The notes beneath the pieces were generated by a model that saw only the letters and a program-made list of their open reading frames with translations, did no database searches and was not told where the DNA came from. From the NCBI GenBank assembly GCA_963743915.1, contig CAVURN010000001.1, positions 1 through 64,000 on the forward strand: 64,000 bases of DNA. The letters run 5' to 3'. Of the stretch, positions 20,845 to 29,156 are shown one piece after another (the first letter of the stretch is position 1; each line of letters opens with the position of its first letter). The translations under genes and the position numbers were made by a program. This stretch comes from an uncultured Actinomycetota bacterium. GTDB lineage: Bacteria > Actinomycetota > Actinomycetes > JAHEKZ01.

Positions 20845-22149
20845 CTAGGCACCCTTGGCCGCGCGGAATCCGGCCTCGAGGTCGGCGAGCAGGTCGGGCA
20901 GACCCTCGAGTCCCACCGCCAGCCGTACCAGGCCGGGCGTCACGCCGGTGGCCAGCTGCTCGTCAGGGGTGAGCTGCGAGTGCGTCGTGGAGGCGGGGTG
21001 GATCACCAACGACCGCACATCACCGATGTTCGCCACGTGGCTGAAGAGCTCGAGCGAGTCGACGAACCTCTTGCCAGCCTGGAGTCCGCCGGAGATCTCG
21101 AAGGAGAGGACGGCGCCTGTCCCGTGCGGGGCGTACTTCTGGCCGCGCTCGTACCAGGGAGAGCTCGGCAGCCCTGCGTAGCTCACCGACTCGACCTGGT
21201 CGTGCTGCTCGAGCCACTCCGCGACGGCCCGCGCATTCTGGACGTGCCGCTCCACCCGGAGGCTGAGCGTCTCCAGTCCTTGTGCGATCAGGAAGGCGTT
21301 GAAAGGTGCGACCGCGGAGCCGAGGTCGCGGAGCAGCTGGATGCGCGCCTTGATGATGAACGCGAGGTTTCCGAGGGCTTCGGCGTAGACAAGGCCGTGG
21401 TAGCTCGGATCCGGAGTGTTGAACTGCGGGAACCGCTCGGCGTTCGCAGCCCAGTCGAACGTCCCGCCGTCGACGATGACGCCCGCAACCGCGGTGCCGT
21501 GACCGCCGAGGTACTTGGTGGCGGAGTGCACGACGATGTCGGCGCCGTGCTGCAGCGGACGGATCAGGTACGGGGTGGCCACCGTGTTGTCGACGATCAG
21601 GGGGACACCCGCGCCGTGAGCGATGGCCGCGACCTCCTCGATGTCGAGGATGTCTCCCTTCGGGTTGCCGATGGTCTCGCCGAAGAACGCCTTGGTGTTC
21701 GGCCTAACGGCTGCCCGCCACGCGTCGAGGTCGTCGGGGTCGTCCACGAACGACACCTCGATGCCGAGCTTGGGCAGCGTGTAGTGGAAGAGGTTGTAGG
21801 TGCCTCCGTACAGCGACGCCGACGACACGATGTGGTCCCCGGCCTCGGCGAGGTTGAGGATGGCGAACGTCTCCGCCGCCTGACCGCTGGAGACCAGCAG
21901 GGAGGCGACGCCACCTTCGAGGGCCGCCACGCGTTGCTCCACGGCGTCCTGGGTGGGATTCATGATGCGGGTGTAGATGTTCCCCGGTTCGGCGAGTCCG
22001 AAGAGCGCGGCCGCATGGTCGGTGTCGCGGAAGACGTACGAGGTTGTCTGGTAGATCGGCAGGGCGCGGGCACCGGTGGCGGTGTCAGCGGTCTGGCCGG
22101 CGTGGATCTGCTTGGTCTCAAACGACCAGGCGGTGGGGTCGGTGGTCAT
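20845..22149 (-). CDS. metY: O-acetylhomoserine aminocarboxypropyltransferase (sulfhydrylase)
   Basis: [22 protein letters not shown] (PLP lysine), HPASTTH. Confidence 0.95.
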   Translation of the reverse strand: MTTDPTAWSFETKQIHAGQTADTATGARALPIYQTTSYVFRDTDHAAALFGLAEPGNIYTRIMNPTQDAVEQRVAALEGGVASLLVSSGQAAETFAILNLAEAGDHIVSSASLYGGTYNLFHYTLPKLGIEVSFVDDPDDLDAWRAAVRPNTKAFFGETIGNPKGDILDIEEVAAIAHGAGVPLIVDNTVATPYLIRPLQHGADIVVHSATKYLGGHGTAVAGVIVDGGTFDWAANAERFPQFNTPDPSYHGLVYAEALGNLAFIIKARIQLLRDLGSAVAPFNAFLIAQGLETLSLRVERHVQNARAVAEWLEQHDQVESVSYAGLPSSPWYERGQKYAPHGTGAVLSFEISGGLQAGKRFVDSLELFSHVANIGDVRSLVIHPASTTHSQLTPDEQLATGVTPGLVRLAVGLEGLPDLLADLEAGFRAAKGA

Positions 22150-22271
22150 GATGGCTCCGTCTCAGGTGGGTGCTGCAAGGAAGGGTGAGTCGCCTGGTGC
22201 GGCACGAACCCGGGGTGCGTCCGGCGAGCATCTGCTCGCCGCGCAGGACGGCGGGATGGAGCCCGGGTCCG

Positions 22272-22367
22272 TCAGACCATGCAGGCGCACATGCCGAAGG
22301 GCATGCGGATGCCGCAGCAACACATTCGCGCGCCGAGAGGCGTCACGTGGGCGGCGGTCGGAGTCAT
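22272..22367 (-). CDS. Leaderless Met/Cys-rich leader peptide of metY-metX (MTPTAAHVTPLGARMCCCGIRMPFGMCACMV)
   Basis: 31-aa ORF with 5 Met and 5 Cys; TACCCT (-10, 22374-22379)-N6-ATG; ends 122 nt upstream of metY. Confidence 0.8.
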   Translation of the reverse strand: MTPTAAHVTPLGARMCCCGIRMPFGMCACMV

Positions 22368-22471
22368 GCGTCGAGGGTAGAGACGTCGCGCCGCCGTGTC
22401 CAACCTTTGGGCAGTTGTATCAGGATGTGAGACGGCCGTCGGAAGAATGGATTATGACGCGGTGCAGTGCG

Positions 22472-22546
22472 GCGCCGACATGAGACTTGGCGTCGGATCC
22501 GGCGGGGAAGTGGATCAGGTTCCCACGCCAACCCTCACCTCGGTGT
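22472..22546. repeat. ~75-bp imperfect palindrome (REP-like), upstream flank of the AbiEi-nuclease gene
   Basis: Arms GCGCCGACATGAGACTTGGCGT / ACGCCAACCCTCACCTCGGTGT (16/22 complementary). Confidence 0.65.
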
Positions 22547-22655
22547 GGCCCAGGTCGATGAGTACCGACTGTCCACAGCGGTGTCGGCACATCGTCATCC
22601 AGAGCGGCACGGGCGCTGCCACCGTCACACCGCACACGAGGGCACTCTCCGGCAC

Positions 22656-23666
22656 GTGACCACGCCTGCACCGGACGGCATAGCGCAGCATCTGCTGGCG
22701 CGAGGTGCCGGCGCCTCGGCGGAGGAGCTGCGAGCTTGGGGGTTGTCGGACTGGGACATTCGTCGACTCGTGCGCGACGGCTCGCTCACCCGGAGTCGGC
22801 GTGGCCGGTACGTGCTGCCACTCTCGCCAGAACTGACGGATCGCTGGGCGCGCGCCCGTACCTCGCACTTACGGTGTCTGGCTTCCCTGGCCGGTTCCGA
22901 CGTGGTCGCCTGCAGACGTACCGCCGCACTGGTGTGGGGACTTCCGGTCTCATCGATTCCATCGCTGCCCGAGATCATCCGCCCACCCGGGAGTCATCGC
23001 CCCGGGGGGTCGCGGACGCTCCTCACCGACATCACTTCCGCGGACATCCGGTGGCGCAACGGAGTCCCGTTCACGTCCTTGGAGCGTACGGTCGTCGACG
23101 TCGCTCTTGACCTCCCTACGCCACTTGCACTGGTCACGGCCGACGCTGCACTCCGACGCGGTGCGGACGGGAGCCAGATGCTGGCGATGCTGTCGGAACG
23201 AGGTGCGGTGCGCGGCTGTCGCGAGGCACGTCGCACCCTGGCGTGGGCGGACGGTCACGCGGAGTCGCCCCTGGAGTCGCGCGGACGCGGGGAGCTGATG
23301 CTTCGCGGAGTCCCTCGTCCTCGGTGCAACGTAGTTCTGCGACTGGGTGACGTTGAGTTCCGGGTCGACACCCTGTGGGCACGCGAGGGGATTGTCGGAG
23401 AGGCGGACGGGAAGCGTAAGTACGACCGGGAAGGTCGACAGGTCGAACCCCTCTGGGCCGAGCGTCTGCGGCAAGGATGGCTAGAGGACGAGCTCGGCCT
23501 CCAGGTCGTCCGATGGATCGATGCTGAGGTGCGTCTGGCACCGGAGGGTCTCGCGCGGCGCTGGCGGCGACTGGAGGGCAGACGAGGAGGTCAGCTGTGG
23601 CTACCGCCGGCTGGGCTGGAGATCTCTCAGCGGGTCCTGCCGGCCCCCGGGGGCCAGCGGCGATGA
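22656..23666 (+). CDS. AbiEi-like N-terminal domain fused to a DUF559/Vsr-like PD-(D/E)xK nuclease domain
   Basis: LTRSRRGRY, TAALVWGL, TSLERTVVDVA, ESPLES, FRVD...GEADGKRKY and QVVRW motifs typical of this actinobacterial family. Confidence 0.8.
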   Translation: MTTPAPDGIAQHLLARGAGASAEELRAWGLSDWDIRRLVRDGSLTRSRRGRYVLPLSPELTDRWARARTSHLRCLASLAGSDVVACRRTAALVWGLPVSSIPSLPEIIRPPGSHRPGGSRTLLTDITSADIRWRNGVPFTSLERTVVDVALDLPTPLALVTADAALRRGADGSQMLAMLSERGAVRGCREARRTLAWADGHAESPLESRGRGELMLRGVPRPRCNVVLRLGDVEFRVDTLWAREGIVGEADGKRKYDREGRQVEPLWAERLRQGWLEDELGLQVVRWIDAEVRLAPEGLARRWRRLEGRRGGQLWLPPAGLEISQRVLPAPGGQRR

Positions 23667-23685
23667 GGCGAAGGCGGTCTGCCCT

Positions 23686-23755
23686 CACCGAGATGAGACC
23701 TGGTGTCGGATCTTCCCCTGGATCAGGGTCGAAACCAACGCCGAACCTCATGTCG
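23686..23755. repeat. ~70-bp imperfect palindrome (REP-like), downstream flank of the AbiEi-nuclease gene
   Basis: Arms CGAGATGAGACCTGGTGTCGG / CCAACGCCGAACCTCATGTCG, related to the arms at 22472-22546. Confidence 0.65.
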
Positions 23756-23815
23756 TTCGAACCCGTGTGTCGCACCGCGGGATCGGTCACGTCGTCACGC
23801 AGACTGTTCCGCAGA

Positions 23816-23859
23816 CGCAGAGAGGCCCCTCCAACTAGGCGATGGAGGGGCCTCCTGCG
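23816..23859 (-). terminator. Intrinsic terminator-like hairpin ending the candidate ncRNA
   Basis: GAGGCCCCTCCA (23822-23833) / TGGAGGGGCCTC (23843-23854), 12 bp perfect, plus CGCAG/CTGCG; minus-strand tail UCUGCGUCU. Confidence 0.7.
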
Positions 23860-24116
23860 GTCCGTCCGAGAACGGACCCACTGGCCTGCCCGAGGGCCGA
23901 CCAGGTGGCTCACCCGAGGGTGAACCATCGGCACACCCGAAGGTGAACCGACGACTCGACCGGAGTCGAGTCGGACTCCGCTGCGCTTCCCGTCGGTGGG
24001 ACTCGGTTGCCCTGGTCCCTCCGCCCGGTGGTCTCCCACCGGGATGACCCGTCGGTTTCCCTTCGGGTCGATCCTTGAGGTTTCCCTCTCGGACCGGGTG
24101 CGCCGTGCGGCGTCGT
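23816..24116 (-). ncRNA. Candidate ~300-nt multi-hairpin non-coding RNA of unknown family
   Basis: Nine abutting hairpins with loops GAAA, GAAA, GAGA, GCAA, then UCCG, UUCG, CUCG, CUCG, CUCG. G-U pairs only on the minus strand. Promoter upstream and terminator at the 3' end. Confidence 0.75.
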
Positions 24117-24122
24117 GGAGAA

Positions 24123-24152
24123 GTTCTATGCCCCGGTCACCAGGCCGCGCAA
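24123..24152 (-). promoter_or_regulatory. Putative sigma70-type promoter of the candidate ncRNA
   Basis: TTGCGC-N18-TAGAAC(T), preceded by an A/T-rich tract (24155-24184). The -10 is imperfect. Confidence 0.55.
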
Positions 24153-24183
24153 GGCTTTTCTCGAAGAATCTTCAGAACTTTCT

Positions 24184-24263
24184 TCACCCACAGGTTCGTC
24201 CACACGAAGCCCTGCGTGCGTCCCCAGGACGTCCCCAGGATCATCCACAATGCCTGTGCACGA
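24184..24263. promoter_or_regulatory. Cluster of DnaA-box-like 9-mers
   Basis: TCACCCACA 24184, TCGTCCACA 24196, GCGTCCCCA 24218, ACGTCCCCA 24229, TCATCCACA 24241, inverted TGTGCACGA 24255; consensus TT(A/G)TCCACA. Confidence 0.55.
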
Positions 24264-24297
24264 CGACGGCATCTGGCTGCGTGGAGGCGCCGGTGCG

Positions 24298-24789
24298 TCA
24301 GGCCTTGTCGGCGTCGATCGCGCGCTTGAAGGAGGCCTCGATCTCGCGCTCGGTCTCGGCGCGTCCCTCCCAGGTGGCGCCCTCGACGGACTTGCCCGGC
24401 TCGAGGTCCTTGTAGACCTCGAAGAAGTGCTGGATCTCGAGCTTGTCGAACTCCGGCATGTGGTGGATGTCGCGCAGGTGCTCCTTGCGCGGGTCGTGCG
24501 CGGGCACGCAGACGACCTTGTCGTCCCCGCCGGCCTCGTCGGTCATGCGGAACATGCCGATGGCCCGGCAGCGGATCACGCAGCCCGGGAAGGTCGGCTC
24601 GTCGAGCAGCACGAGGGCGTCGAGCGGGTCGCCGTCCTGGCCGAGAGTGTTCTCGATGAAGCCGTAGTCGGCCGGGTACCGCGTCGACGTGAAGAGCATC
24701 CGGTCGAGGCGGATCCGACCGGTCTCCTTGTCGAGCTCGTACTTGTTGCGGTGTCCCTGCGGGATCTCCACGAAGACGTCGAAGTCCAC
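24298..24789 (-). CDS. ppa: Inorganic pyrophosphatase (family I)
   Basis: RNKYE, YPADYG, DGDPLD and YKDLE motifs. Confidence 0.97.
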   Translation of the reverse strand: MDFDVFVEIPQGHRNKYELDKETGRIRLDRMLFTSTRYPADYGFIENTLGQDGDPLDALVLLDEPTFPGCVIRCRAIGMFRMTDEAGGDDKVVCVPAHDPRKEHLRDIHHMPEFDKLEIQHFFEVYKDLEPGKSVEGATWEGRAETEREIEASFKRAIDADKA

Positions 24790-24898
24790 GACGGTCCCTT
24801 CCGAATGGGCTGGGGGGCGGTTCACGCGGTGGCTTAGGGTCGCTACGCGCAAGATCCAGTGTCCCGTATCGCACCCGGTCCACGAGGAGGGGGTCTCG

Positions 24899-26281
24899 AT
24901 GCCACGAGCCCGCTGGTGGGTCGTGGGTGCGCTCGCCCTGCTCACGGTGACCGTGCTGCTCCTGGACGCCGCCGGCGTCATCTTCGAGGCGGAGCCCGGT
25001 GCCGAACCCCCGTCACCGCTGGTGCTGCCGCAGGGGCTGGACGCCGAGGCCGCCGTCGCCGCACCCTTCGAGCCCACGGGAGGCCGGCTCGACGCGCGGG
25101 TGGTGACCGAGGTCCGCCGGCAGCTGGACGCTGACGCCCTCGGCCCCTCGGTCCACGCTCAGGTCGTCCCCCTCGGCCTGCCCGCGGGCGTGGCCAGACC
25201 TGCGCTCGGCGTCGATGCGGACGCGCCGGCGGCGCCGGCGTCCACCCTCAAGCTCTGGACGGCGATCGCCGTGCTCGATGCCTTTCCGGTCGAGACCCGG
25301 CTGCAGACCTCCGTGGTGTGGGACGAGGGGAAGGGGCGACTCGTCCTGGTCGGCGGTGGTGACACCACGCTCACCACCGAGCAGGCAACGGGTGTCGCTA
25401 CCCCTTCGTTGGAACGGTTGGCCGCCGTCACCGCCCGACGGTTGGCCCGTCTCGACGCGGACGAGGTGCGGCTCGCCTACGACGACTCGCTGTTCACCGG
25501 GCCGTCGGTGTCACCGCAGTGGGAGGACATCTACGTCAGCTCGGGCGTCATCGCGCCGGTCTCCGCGCTGATGGCCGACCAGGGACGCGTCACCGCCGAT
25601 GCGGACACCCGCTACCCCGATCCCGCCCTCGGCGCGGCCGACGCCTTCGCCGACCTGCTCGAGGAGGACGGCATCGAGATCCGCGGATCCGTGCGCGCGA
25701 CCGGGACCACCGACGACGATCCGCTGGCCAGCGTGGAGTCGGAGCCGATGCTCGACCTCGTCGAACGGATGCTCCGCGACAGCGACAACCAGCTCGCGGA
25801 GTCCCTGGGACGCCTCGCGGCGTCCGAGCAGGGCGGGCCGGCCAGCTTCGTCGGTGCGGCGGCAGCGCTGCTGGACGCAGCCGAGCAGCGAGGCGCCCTC
25901 ATCGACGGCGCAGTGGTGCACGACGCCAGTGGGCTCTCGCGGCAGGACCGGATGCCTGCCGCCGCCACTGTCGAAGCCCTGCTTGCTGCGGCCACCGAGC
26001 CGGCGCTGACGCCCGTGCTGAGCGGGCTTCCGGTGGCGGGTTTCGACGGCACCCTTGCGGACCGGTTCTCGGACGCCGGCTCCGAGGAGGCGGCCGGTCT
26101 GATCCGTGCCAAGACAGGCACTCTCACCGGGATCTCTGCGGAGGCCGGGGTCGCCACGACGTGTGCCGGCGATCTGGTCGCCTACGCCTTCGTCGCCGAC
26201 GAGGTGGTCGACACGCTCGCCGCGCGCGCGTCCCTCGATGATGCGGCCGCCGCCCTGACGTCCTGTCCCGCTCGTGGCTGA
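24899..26281 (+). CDS. dacB: D-alanyl-D-alanine carboxypeptidase/endopeptidase (PBP4, S13)
   Basis: PASTLK, SDN and AKTGTL motifs; synteny with ppa and tilS. Confidence 0.92.
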   Translation: MPRARWWVVGALALLTVTVLLLDAAGVIFEAEPGAEPPSPLVLPQGLDAEAAVAAPFEPTGGRLDARVVTEVRRQLDADALGPSVHAQVVPLGLPAGVARPALGVDADAPAAPASTLKLWTAIAVLDAFPVETRLQTSVVWDEGKGRLVLVGGGDTTLTTEQATGVATPSLERLAAVTARRLARLDADEVRLAYDDSLFTGPSVSPQWEDIYVSSGVIAPVSALMADQGRVTADADTRYPDPALGAADAFADLLEEDGIEIRGSVRATGTTDDDPLASVESEPMLDLVERMLRDSDNQLAESLGRLAASEQGGPASFVGAAAALLDAAEQRGALIDGAVVHDASGLSRQDRMPAAATVEALLAAATEPALTPVLSGLPVAGFDGTLADRFSDAGSEEAAGLIRAKTGTLTGISAEAGVATTCAGDLVAYAFVADEVVDTLAARASLDDAAAALTSCPARG

Positions 26282-26300
26282 GTCCCCGTACGGTGGACCG

Positions 26301-27341
26301 ATGAGCACTCCCTCCGCGGTCGACTGGCGCTACGCACGGGCGGTGGCCCGGCGCGTCGGCGGGACGGGGCCGACGATCGGGAGCGTCGGTGCCCGACAGG
26401 CGGTCGACGAGCTCCGTGCCGGATCGGCGACGGCGGTGCAGGTCGTCCGTGAGGTCACGGGGCTGCATGCGGATGCGAGCCCGGAGTCCGTGCGGGTGGT
26501 GGACCGGAGCCGTTGGGTGGACGCCAATGCCTCCGCCTTCGAGACGCTCCTCGCGCCGATCACCGACAAGATGCGCAAGGACACCGCTCTGGCGTCCGTC
26601 GGTGCGCGGGTGGCGGGGGCCGAGGTCGGCGCCGCCCTCGGTTTCCTGTCCTCGCGGGTGTTGGGGCAGTACGAGCTCTTCACCGCTCCTGACACCGACC
26701 CAGCCCTCATGCTCGTCGCCCCGAACATCGTCAACGTCGAGCAGCGACTCGGCGTCAACAGCTCGGACTTCCGGCTCTGGGTCTGCGTGCACGAGGAGAC
26801 CCACCGCGTGCAGTTCACGGCGGTGCCATGGCTCGGCCCGTGGTTGCGTGCGCAGATCGAGTCGTCCCTGGACGACCTCACTCCCGAGCACGGCGAGCTC
26901 GGACGCCGGATGCGCCAGCTCGCGGCCGCGGTGGTGGGTGCGCTGCGCGGCATCGACGTGGTCCAGGCGCTCGAGCAGATGATGTCCGACCAGGAACGTG
27001 AGCTGCTGGGCCGGCTCACCGCCGTGATGTCGTTGCTCGAAGGTCATGCCGATGTGGTCATGGACACCGTTGACGATGCGGTCATCCCGACCGTCGATGT
27101 GCTGCGGCAGAAGATGTCCGAGCGCCGCGCCAACCCACGGGCGAGCGAGGCGGTGGTCCGTCGACTCCTCGGCATGGAGACCAAGCTCGCGCAGTACCGC
27201 GACGGGTCCCTGTTCGTCCGTGCGGTCGTCGACGAGGTCGGGATGCAGGGGTTCAACCGGGTCTGGGAGTCTCCGGACACGCTGCCGAGCCGTGACGAGC
27301 TGCACGCCCCCGACAAGTGGGTTGCGCGAGTCGTCGGGTGA
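26301..27341 (+). CDS. Zinc-dependent metalloprotease-like protein (Rv3626c-type), leaderless
   Basis: VHEETHRVQF and MSLLEGHAD motifs; TACGGT-N6-ATG; synteny. Confidence 0.88.
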   Translation: MSTPSAVDWRYARAVARRVGGTGPTIGSVGARQAVDELRAGSATAVQVVREVTGLHADASPESVRVVDRSRWVDANASAFETLLAPITDKMRKDTALASVGARVAGAEVGAALGFLSSRVLGQYELFTAPDTDPALMLVAPNIVNVEQRLGVNSSDFRLWVCVHEETHRVQFTAVPWLGPWLRAQIESSLDDLTPEHGELGRRMRQLAAAVVGALRGIDVVQALEQMMSDQERELLGRLTAVMSLLEGHADVVMDTVDDAVIPTVDVLRQKMSERRANPRASEAVVRRLLGMETKLAQYRDGSLFVRAVVDEVGMQGFNRVWESPDTLPSRDELHAPDKWVARVVG

Positions 27342-28363
27342 GCGGACCGGCGCCCTCGGTCGCGGCCGTCCGACGGGCCGTCCGGACGGCGCTGTCGGAC
27401 CTCCCGGCCGGGGCAGTGGTGCTCGTCGCCGCCAGCGGGGGACCGGACTCGATGTCCCTGGCGGCCGCCGCCGCGTTCGAGGCCCGGCGTGGTCCTTGGC
27501 GGCCCGCCGCCGTCGTGGTCGACCACCGGCTGCAGCCGGACTCGGCTCAGGTGGCCGATCGCGCGGCGTCCGAGCTGCGCCGACTCGGGCTCGACCCCGT
27601 CCTGGTGACGGCGGTCGAGGTCGGGACGGATGGTGGGCCGGAGGGAGCGGCACGTGCGGCCCGCTATGCCGCAATCGATGCAGCCGCTGACGACCTGGGT
27701 GCCGCCGCGGTGCTGCTCGGTCACACCCAGGACGACCAGGCGGAGTCGGTACTGCTCGGACTGGCCCGCGGGTCGGGTGCCCGCTCCATCCGCGGCATGG
27801 CGCCCGTGCGAGGGCGTTACCGGCGTCCACTGCTCACGATCGACCGTGCGACCACCCGGGCTGCGTGCGAGGCGCAGCAGCTGGTCGTCTGGGACGACCC
27901 GCACAACCGCGACCCCGGGTTCGCGCGGGTCCGGGTCCGTGGAGCCATGGAGGTGCTCGAAGAGGCGATCGGTCCCGGTGTCGGCGAGGCCCTCGCGCGG
28001 ACGGCCTCCGCGCTGGCAGACGACGACGACGCGTTGGAGCAGTGGGCGCGGGAGGTCCGGTCACGAGCACGTGTCCACGACGACGAGGGTCGACCCGGCC
28101 TCGCGGTCGAGGCGCTCGCGTCCGTCCCTGCGGCGGTGCGACGACGGGTGCTGCGGGCTGAGGTGCTGGAGAGCGGCGTACCAGGAGGTGACCTGCGGGC
28201 CTCACACCTGTCCGACGTCGACGCGCTGGTCGCACGCTGGAGTGGCCAGGGTCCCGTGCACCTGCCATCCGGTGTCCGCGCCTGGCGCGACTGTGGCAGG
28301 CTCGTCCTCGCCCAGACGGACGCCCATCTGGACGCTCAGATGGACCATGGGCGGGAACCCTAG
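27338..28363 (+). CDS. tilS: tRNA(Ile)-lysidine synthetase
   Basis: SGGPDS PP-loop, GHTQDDQAE. Confidence 0.95.
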   Translation: MSGPAPSVAAVRRAVRTALSDLPAGAVVLVAASGGPDSMSLAAAAAFEARRGPWRPAAVVVDHRLQPDSAQVADRAASELRRLGLDPVLVTAVEVGTDGGPEGAARAARYAAIDAAADDLGAAAVLLGHTQDDQAESVLLGLARGSGARSIRGMAPVRGRYRRPLLTIDRATTRAACEAQQLVVWDDPHNRDPGFARVRVRGAMEVLEEAIGPGVGEALARTASALADDDDALEQWAREVRSRARVHDDEGRPGLAVEALASVPAAVRRRVLRAEVLESGVPGGDLRASHLSDVDALVARWSGQGPVHLPSGVRAWRDCGRLVLAQTDAHLDAQMDHGREP

Positions 28364-28375
28364 GAGGCAGCGTTC

Positions 28376-28936
28376 GTGGACGCCGAGGACATGGGTGAGG
28401 CTCTCGCGGCCGTGCTCATCGACGCCGATCGCATCCAGACCAGGCTGCGCGAGGTCGCACAGGAGATCGACCGGGACTACGCCGGCAAGGAGCTGCTGCT
28501 GGTCGGCGTCCTCAAAGGTGCGGTCATGGTGATGGCCGACCTGGCCCGGGCGCTGCACACCTCCGTCGAGATGGACTGGATGGCGGTGTCGTCGTACGGG
28601 TCCGGCACCCGTTCGAGCGGCGTCGTGCGGATTCTGAAGGACCTCGACGCTGATCTCACTGACCGGCACGTGCTCGTGGTCGAGGACGTCATCGACTCCG
28701 GGCTCACCCTCTCGTGGCTGCTCCGCAACCTGAGCTCGCGCGGTCCGGCCTCGCTCGAGGTGTGCACGTTGCTGCGCAAGCCCGACGCGCAGCAGAACCC
28801 GGTACCGGTCAAGTACGTGGGCTTCGACATCCCCGCCGAGTTCGTGGTCGGCTACGGGCTCGACTACGCCGAGAAGTACCGCTCGCTTCCCTTCGTGGGG
28901 AGTCTCTCCCGGCACGTGTACGCCCCGCAGGCCTGA
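28376..28936 (+). CDS. hpt: Hypoxanthine phosphoribosyltransferase
   Basis: [18 protein letters not shown] motif, FVVGYGLD. Confidence 0.97.
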   Translation: MDAEDMGEALAAVLIDADRIQTRLREVAQEIDRDYAGKELLLVGVLKGAVMVMADLARALHTSVEMDWMAVSSYGSGTRSSGVVRILKDLDADLTDRHVLVVEDVIDSGLTLSWLLRNLSSRGPASLEVCTLLRKPDAQQNPVPVKYVGFDIPAEFVVGYGLDYAEKYRSLPFVGSLSRHVYAPQA

Positions 28937-28950
28937 GCGGCCTCCGCCGC

Positions 28951-29018
28951 TGATCGGAGCATTCCAGTCGTTTCGGAGCGTCCCGGGGCCCGGTTTTTTG
29001 GCGAAGATGCTCCGATCA
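28951..29018. repeat. 68-bp REP-like element with perfect 12-bp terminal inverted repeats
   Basis: TGATCGGAGCAT...ATGCTCCGATCA, 44-nt spacer. Confidence 0.6.
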
Positions 29019-29156
29019 CCGGTGCGGGTGGTGGAGTCGGGCCGGTCTCCAGCCGGTCAAGGCCCGTTCCCCGTGGGGCGCCTGGCCCCGCTGCCGGTGT
29101 ACCGTCGAAGTCCGAAACCCTGCTGCAGGAGGCACAAGGCGCTCTGCGCCCGCATC

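Noticed and set aside
22150-22440. SAM-I or SAM-IV riboswitch upstream of metY
   Set aside because: The conserved cores (AUCxAGAG...GCAACC...GUGC) were not found. The region is occupied by the Met/Cys sORF.
23859-24096. Hairpin array as a CRISPR array
   Set aside because: The units differ in sequence, there is no repeat-spacer alternation, and no cas genes are present. Only the structure and loop class repeat.
23816-24116. Identification as Ms1/6S, 6C, SRP, RNase P, tmRNA or a tRNA cluster
   Set aside because: No long central-bubble duplex, C-rich loops, T-loop or CCA motifs, or other hallmark sequences were seen. An Rfam search is still needed.
24184-24263. Chromosomal replication origin (oriC)
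   Set aside because: Too short, with no adjacent dnaA, dnaN or rpmH and mostly degenerate boxes.
23521-24415. ORFs predicted across the ppa-downstream intergenic region
   Set aside because: They lack recognisable motifs, RBS and GC3 codon bias; the hairpin structure explains the sequence better.
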